Of a stretch of DNA of 47,795 nt, positions 44,087 to 47,795 are shown piece by piece (positions within the stretch are counted from its first letter, which is position 1; every line of letters starts with the position of its first letter). Under the pieces are notes generated by a model. That model worked only from the letters and a program-made list of their open reading frames with translations, did not search any database and was not told the DNA's origin. The stretch lies in IMG/VR virus record IMGVR_UViG_3300037088_000099, positions 1 through 47,795 of that record. One strand, given 5' to 3'. A program made the translations under genes and the position numbers. The stretch is from a virus.

Positions 44087-45928
44087 TTAATTATACCCCA
44101 CAGACGAATTATGTATATTTCGTTTATACTGCTCTTTCCGACGGAGAATCTCGAATTCTATCTCGTCAGTATTTGTGTCGAAATCCCAGACCTGTGGGCC
44201 GTAACCCAGAGTATCAAGTACATCAATTAATCTGCCACTTGGGTATGATTCAAATTCTTCGATGAACTCTTCCATACCTACTGTGTTGATCCAGAACTCA
44301 CCACGAGAAAATATCGGGCCGAGTCCTTCAATTCGCATTTTCTTAGCATTTGCTGTTTTCGGAGTTTGTAGCTCCTTGATTGTAAGTGCTGCATATCTCG
44401 GATCACGCGCTGCTTTTTCTTTGATTATGTAATCCATGTGGTACTTGAGATATTTTTGGGCGGCGATAGTCTCCATATAGATACAATCCAGCTTCCATAC
44501 GTTGACGGCAAGATCTAGCATAACTCCGATAAATTCATCAGTACCACACGCTTTTGCCCATACATCTAGAAGGTATATCCTGCGAGGGTCTTCTGCGATT
44601 CCAGTAACTGTGATAGCATGTCGGCAGCGCCCATCGTTTCCTGAATGATTAGGATCGACTATCATGTAGCGTTTGAGATTACGAGGGCTAATGTCCTCTT
44701 CTACATCACCATCTAATACTTTGTGCCGGATATTTACTTTCGTGCGCGTGCGTGTTTTGCCGCTTGAGTCGAATGGAATCACATCCATGTATGTAAAAGA
44801 GTGGTCTTTTACAAATTCAAAACGGCGCAAATTCTTGAGTTTAAATTTTACCTCACTCGGATTTATTGGCGCGTTAAGATACTGGCAAGAAAAAATGTAA
44901 GTACCGAGACGCTTACGATAGCGAGCCAACTTTTCATAGTTAAACGATTCGGGAAAAATAGGAATCCCGAAAGGGTGGAGCGGACAGCAGCCACCCAGCG
45001 CGCTATGCGTTGTGAAATTGAAGTAAGTTTCATGCTCTCTCAAATGGCTATTTAAATCTTTATAACTCCACCGATTTCCAACTACAAGCTCGTCATTATC
45101 TCGCCCACCATCATCTTGCTCTGCGTCGAATGCACCTACAAGATACTTATGATACTCAATAGTCTTCGCCATTGTAACATCTGATTCATATGCTTCCCGA
45201 CCTACAAGATCGTCCTGAATCACAATATCATAATGTCGTGACTGTAATGCGCCACCTACTCCAATGAAATCGAAAGTTCCTTCGCCCTGTGCTGTTGAAC
45301 CTTTCGTGCGCATCTGGCAGAAAGATTCTTTGTTTTGAGTACAACTTGCGTCAGGCAATATCTCAGGAAATACATGCTTAAATATATCATTATTCTGATA
45401 ATGCCCCTGCAATCTAACACCCAACTTTGAGGCATTTGTAATAACTTCGGATGCGAGGAGGATACGTATATCTTGATTATGTACATACTTCATCCATTGA
45501 ATCCAGCGATCTCCGTAACCGAGGGCACGCATGTATAATTCATCTTCGTAAGTAAATGAAAGAGCGCGCCAGAGTGAGTAGCATTCTGTGTATGTTGTGG
45601 ATTTATAGTGTCCGCGAGGAATTTCAATACAATCTTTGATTCCATCCTTTTCTACAACCTTACACATTTGATAATGCAAATTTTGTTCGGGATTTGGATT
45701 CTTCTGAAATCTACTCTTTCCAAGTACGCGGGTTGCGAAGTAAAATAAAGAACCCTGCGAATTCAATCGATGAATCATTCGGAGCGTAGTAGGATCATTG
45801 TGAATCGGAGGAAGCATTTTCCAACTAGAGGTTACTGAGCCAGGAAGGTATAAACCACCAGTTTCACTATATAGATATTCCTGCTCCGCGTCAGCTACAT
45901 CTTTTAGATCGTGAGTAGTGTAGCTCAT
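44087..45928 (-). CDS. terL: terminase large subunit
   Basis: 613 aa. Deviant Walker A IPRGHYKST and Walker B IVIQDDLV in the N-terminal ATPase half; acidic residues in the C-terminal half consistent with a nuclease. Flanked by HNH and small terminase candidates. Confidence 0.85.
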   Translation of the reverse strand: MSYTTHDLKDVADAEQEYLYSETGGLYLPGSVTSSWKMLPPIHNDPTTLRMIHRLNSQGSLFYFATRVLGKSRFQKNPNPEQNLHYQMCKVVEKDGIKDCIEIPRGHYKSTTYTECYSLWRALSFTYEDELYMRALGYGDRWIQWMKYVHNQDIRILLASEVITNASKLGVRLQGHYQNNDIFKHVFPEILPDASCTQNKESFCQMRTKGSTAQGEGTFDFIGVGGALQSRHYDIVIQDDLVGREAYESDVTMAKTIEYHKYLVGAFDAEQDDGGRDNDELVVGNRWSYKDLNSHLREHETYFNFTTHSALGGCCPLHPFGIPIFPESFNYEKLARYRKRLGTYIFSCQYLNAPINPSEVKFKLKNLRRFEFVKDHSFTYMDVIPFDSSGKTRTRTKVNIRHKVLDGDVEEDISPRNLKRYMIVDPNHSGNDGRCRHAITVTGIAEDPRRIYLLDVWAKACGTDEFIGVMLDLAVNVWKLDCIYMETIAAQKYLKYHMDYIIKEKAARDPRYAALTIKELQTPKTANAKKMRIEGLGPIFSRGEFWINTVGMEEFIEEFESYPSGRLIDVLDTLGYGPQVWDFDTNTDEIEFEILRRKEQYKRNIHNSSVGYN

Positions 45929-46332
45929 AGTAATTTCTTTTTCTTCTGCGCCTCCCTATACGCAAAATTAGGATAATACTCAGGAGCTATTTTTCTATCA
46001 GAGCGATATCGCTGACAATTTAATCCTCGTCCGCAACACTCAACCTTCAACTCATTACCTGCCGCGTCTGTATGCACAAGATTGTAAATATGATATGAAG
46101 TAGGTTCTATTTCTACATGGCATTTCTGGCAGAGAATTATAACATTAAAAGGACAATGAGTAATACTCTCATTGCCATAATGATGTCTATTACCTATATG
46201 ATGCCCATGTAAAAATCCTTCTGGCGTATCCTTAGCCGCGATGCCGCAGCGTTCGCAATTTGTATGGATTCTACGAAGGAATCTACTTAAAGCCTTCCAC
46301 AACTTTTCTTGTGCTCTGACAGGGAACCGCAT
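45925..46332 (-). CDS. HNH endonuclease
   Basis: CERCG ... HGHHIGNRHH ... N ... CQKCH gives the His-Me finger pattern with two CxxC pairs. Overlaps the large terminase start by 4 nt. Confidence 0.8.
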   Translation of the reverse strand: MRFPVRAQEKLWKALSRFLRRIHTNCERCGIAAKDTPEGFLHGHHIGNRHHYGNESITHCPFNVIILCQKCHVEIEPTSYHIYNLVHTDAAGNELKVECCGRGLNCQRYRSDRKIAPEYYPNFAYREAQKKKKLL

Positions 46333-46355
46333 GGTTCCTCCTTGTATCTATTATT

Positions 46356-47006
46356 TTAATTAGGTAGTGTATCTGGCTTAATAGCATCAAGCATTCGATC
46401 CAGACTTTCCTCTGTTTGAATATCAGATAGCTCGAACTTGGTAATCTCGCTTGCAGCACCGCTCTTGGTAAAAGAGTTCGGTGTGCTTGTGCAAGGGACT
46501 TCTTGAATTGGGGGCGCGTTGCTGAGCAAGGATAGCAAATTCGCAGCGACCAGCGGATCAACTTGCATGTTCGGCACTTGCTCTATGCTCACGCTTGTTT
46601 TAGAAACCTTCGCCAGATTTCCTTCGCGGTCAAGAATATCAGTCGCAGCCTTGTACTGTAACTGCGCTCCGAGCTTACCCAGCGCCGCTGCTTTGATAAC
46701 ATTCATAGCAGTCGGAACCATATCACGAAGTTCCTGACGAGCGTTGTCGATGTTCGCACGCAACTGCGCGTCGTAGCTAGAAAGCACACCACAACTCAGC
46801 TCCATGACTTTAGCATGGAACTCTGGGAGCTGTCGAACCAGCACAACTGTTTGCTGATGACAGTTTAGCATATTCGCTATTTGTGCATTGCTGAATCCAC
46901 TCGGATCAAGCGTCAGCCGTGCAATTCGCTCAATCTTCAGCATTCGCTTGTACGTCATTTGCAAGCGGGGGTTTAGTGCGGATGGCTTTCCTGGAGTGTG
47001 TACCAT
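46356..47006 (-). CDS. terminase small subunit (candidate)
   Basis: 216 aa upstream of the HNH and large terminase genes. Helix-turn-helix-like FSNAQIANMLNCHQQTV near the N-terminus. Confidence 0.45.
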   Translation of the reverse strand: MVHTPGKPSALNPRLQMTYKRMLKIERIARLTLDPSGFSNAQIANMLNCHQQTVVLVRQLPEFHAKVMELSCGVLSSYDAQLRANIDNARQELRDMVPTAMNVIKAAALGKLGAQLQYKAATDILDREGNLAKVSKTSVSIEQVPNMQVDPLVAANLLSLLSNAPPIQEVPCTSTPNSFTKSGAASEITKFELSDIQTEESLDRMLDAIKPDTLPN

Positions 47007-47008
47007 AG

Positions 47009-47209
47009 TTATAGCACTCCGGCAGGACTGATATCTTCGACCAGCACAGAGAGCGCTAGAAATTCCTCAATGCTATTATCAGGAAAAAGTTGCCGCTTCA
47101 CGGCCCCACGCTGTGCGGAGGGAGCGGGCTGGCCAGTCACCAGGGATTTATCCCATGCATACTTAGCTTTGAATTTCTCCAAGCTATCAAGTACATTCGA
47201 CTCGCTCAT
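47009..47209 (-). CDS. hypothetical small protein, first gene of the late operon
   Basis: ATG at 47209 with GGGAG upstream, giving 66 aa. The ORF track's longer N-terminal extension lacks a ribosome-binding site. Confidence 0.45.
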   Translation of the reverse strand: MSESNVLDSLEKFKAKYAWDKSLVTGQPAPSAQRGAVKRQLFPDNSIEEFLALSVLVEDISPAGVL

Positions 47210-47261
47210 ACTCCGCTCCCCTTTCCCGCGCACCCGCGCCGCACTGTGTTTACTATATATA

Positions 47262-47326
47262 GATAGGGGCAAAAAATCAATAGGGTATAGCGTGGGGTAT
47301 AGCGGTATTGGAATAGCGTATAGCGG
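47262..47326. repeat. iteron-like direct repeats (GGGTATAGCG x2, ATAGCG x2)
   Basis: GGGTATAGCG at 47283-47292 and 47295-47304, then ATAGCG and TATAGCG at 47313-47325, preceded by GATAGGGG. Confidence 0.6.
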
Positions 47327-47465
47327 CCCCTCCGGGGCAGGCCCCCGGCCATCGCCCAATAGCACCGCCCTTCGGACGAGCAGCTTCGCTGCTGGAGTAT
47401 ACTTCAGATTTTAGTATACAAGTAGGTACGAATTTTTCAAAAATTTGTATGGGGCCTCCCCGGCC

Positions 47466-47519
47466 ATCGAAAAAAGTTTTTCGATTTTTTGGGGGTGGGT
47501 ATGTAACTATATTAGTTAC
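47466..47519. repeat. palindromes in the control region
   Basis: ATCGAAAAAAGTTTTTCGAT at 47466-47485 and GTAACTATATTAGTTAC at 47503-47519. Further GTAAC/GTTAC half-sites and the AGTAAC..GTTACT hairpin extend to about 47615. Confidence 0.55.
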
Positions 47520-47668
47520 ATATAGAATGTAACCATAAGAGTTACAGATAGAATTGGTAGCATAGTATGTGGCATGTGTCAAGTAAATAATAAGGGAGTA
47601 ACGAGTTAGTTACTGTTGTATACTTAGTACTGTAGTGAATAAGTGTGCGGAGTACTTGACGAGAGCGG

Positions 47669-47795
47669 TATAATGAACCTAGCCCCAGTACGGATGAGGC
47701 GAGAAAGACTCCGATTGGAGTAGGATGTATACCATGCAGATTACAATTACACTCACGGATGCACAGGAATCCGCCCTGTTTATGATGGGGAAGGA
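47669..47795. repeat. terminal direct repeat, right copy
   Basis: Exact copy of bases 1-127, including the first 71 nt of the ORF that starts at 57. Confidence 0.9.

Noticed and set aside
47656-47674. TTGACG followed by a perfect TATAAT across the terminal repeat junction
   Set aside because: The spacer is only 7 nt, so this cannot be a canonical sigma70 -35/-10 pair. The TATAAT alone may still act as a -10 with a different upstream element.
1-47795. Search for a single-subunit phage RNA polymerase, integrase or repressor/excisionase lysogeny module
   Set aside because: No ORF of suitable size or motif content was found, so the phage appears to depend on host RNA polymerase and is probably virulent. 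Absence is judged by eye, not by profile search.

Overview
The window reads as a complete, roughly 47.7 kb tailed-phage genome: bases 1-127 are repeated exactly at 47669-47795, giving a unit length of 47668 bp. All calls are from reading the sequence and ORF translations by eye; no database search was run. Manually derived coordinates for non-CDS features may be off by 1-2 nt. Two convergent gene blocks meet at a bidirectional hairpin terminator near 20.63 kb. The + strand block (57-20610) carries early and replication genes: small regulators, a J-domain protein, a vWA protein paired with an FtsK/SpoIIIE-like ATPase, a Cas4-like nuclease, a Sak4-like ATPase, a family-A DNA polymerase split into an exonuclease gene and a polymerase gene with thyX between them, a P-loop NTPase, and two signal-peptide proteins. 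The - strand block (47209 down to 20743) carries packaging and virion genes in a T7-like order: candidate small terminase, HNH endonuclease, large terminase, small membrane proteins, portal, scaffold-like proteins, major capsid, a gp12-like nozzle protein, large internal proteins, a PurD-like ATP-grasp enzyme and a 1566-aa fibre with a signal peptide and a seven-bladed beta-propeller. No phage RNA polymerase, integrase, tRNA with a clean cloverleaf, or CRISPR array was found; host-type TTGACA promoters are present. The most unusual items are the vWA/FtsK-like pair, the split polymerase, the ATP-grasp enzyme in the virion module, two chaperone-like genes, and a repeat-rich control region beside the terminase genes.
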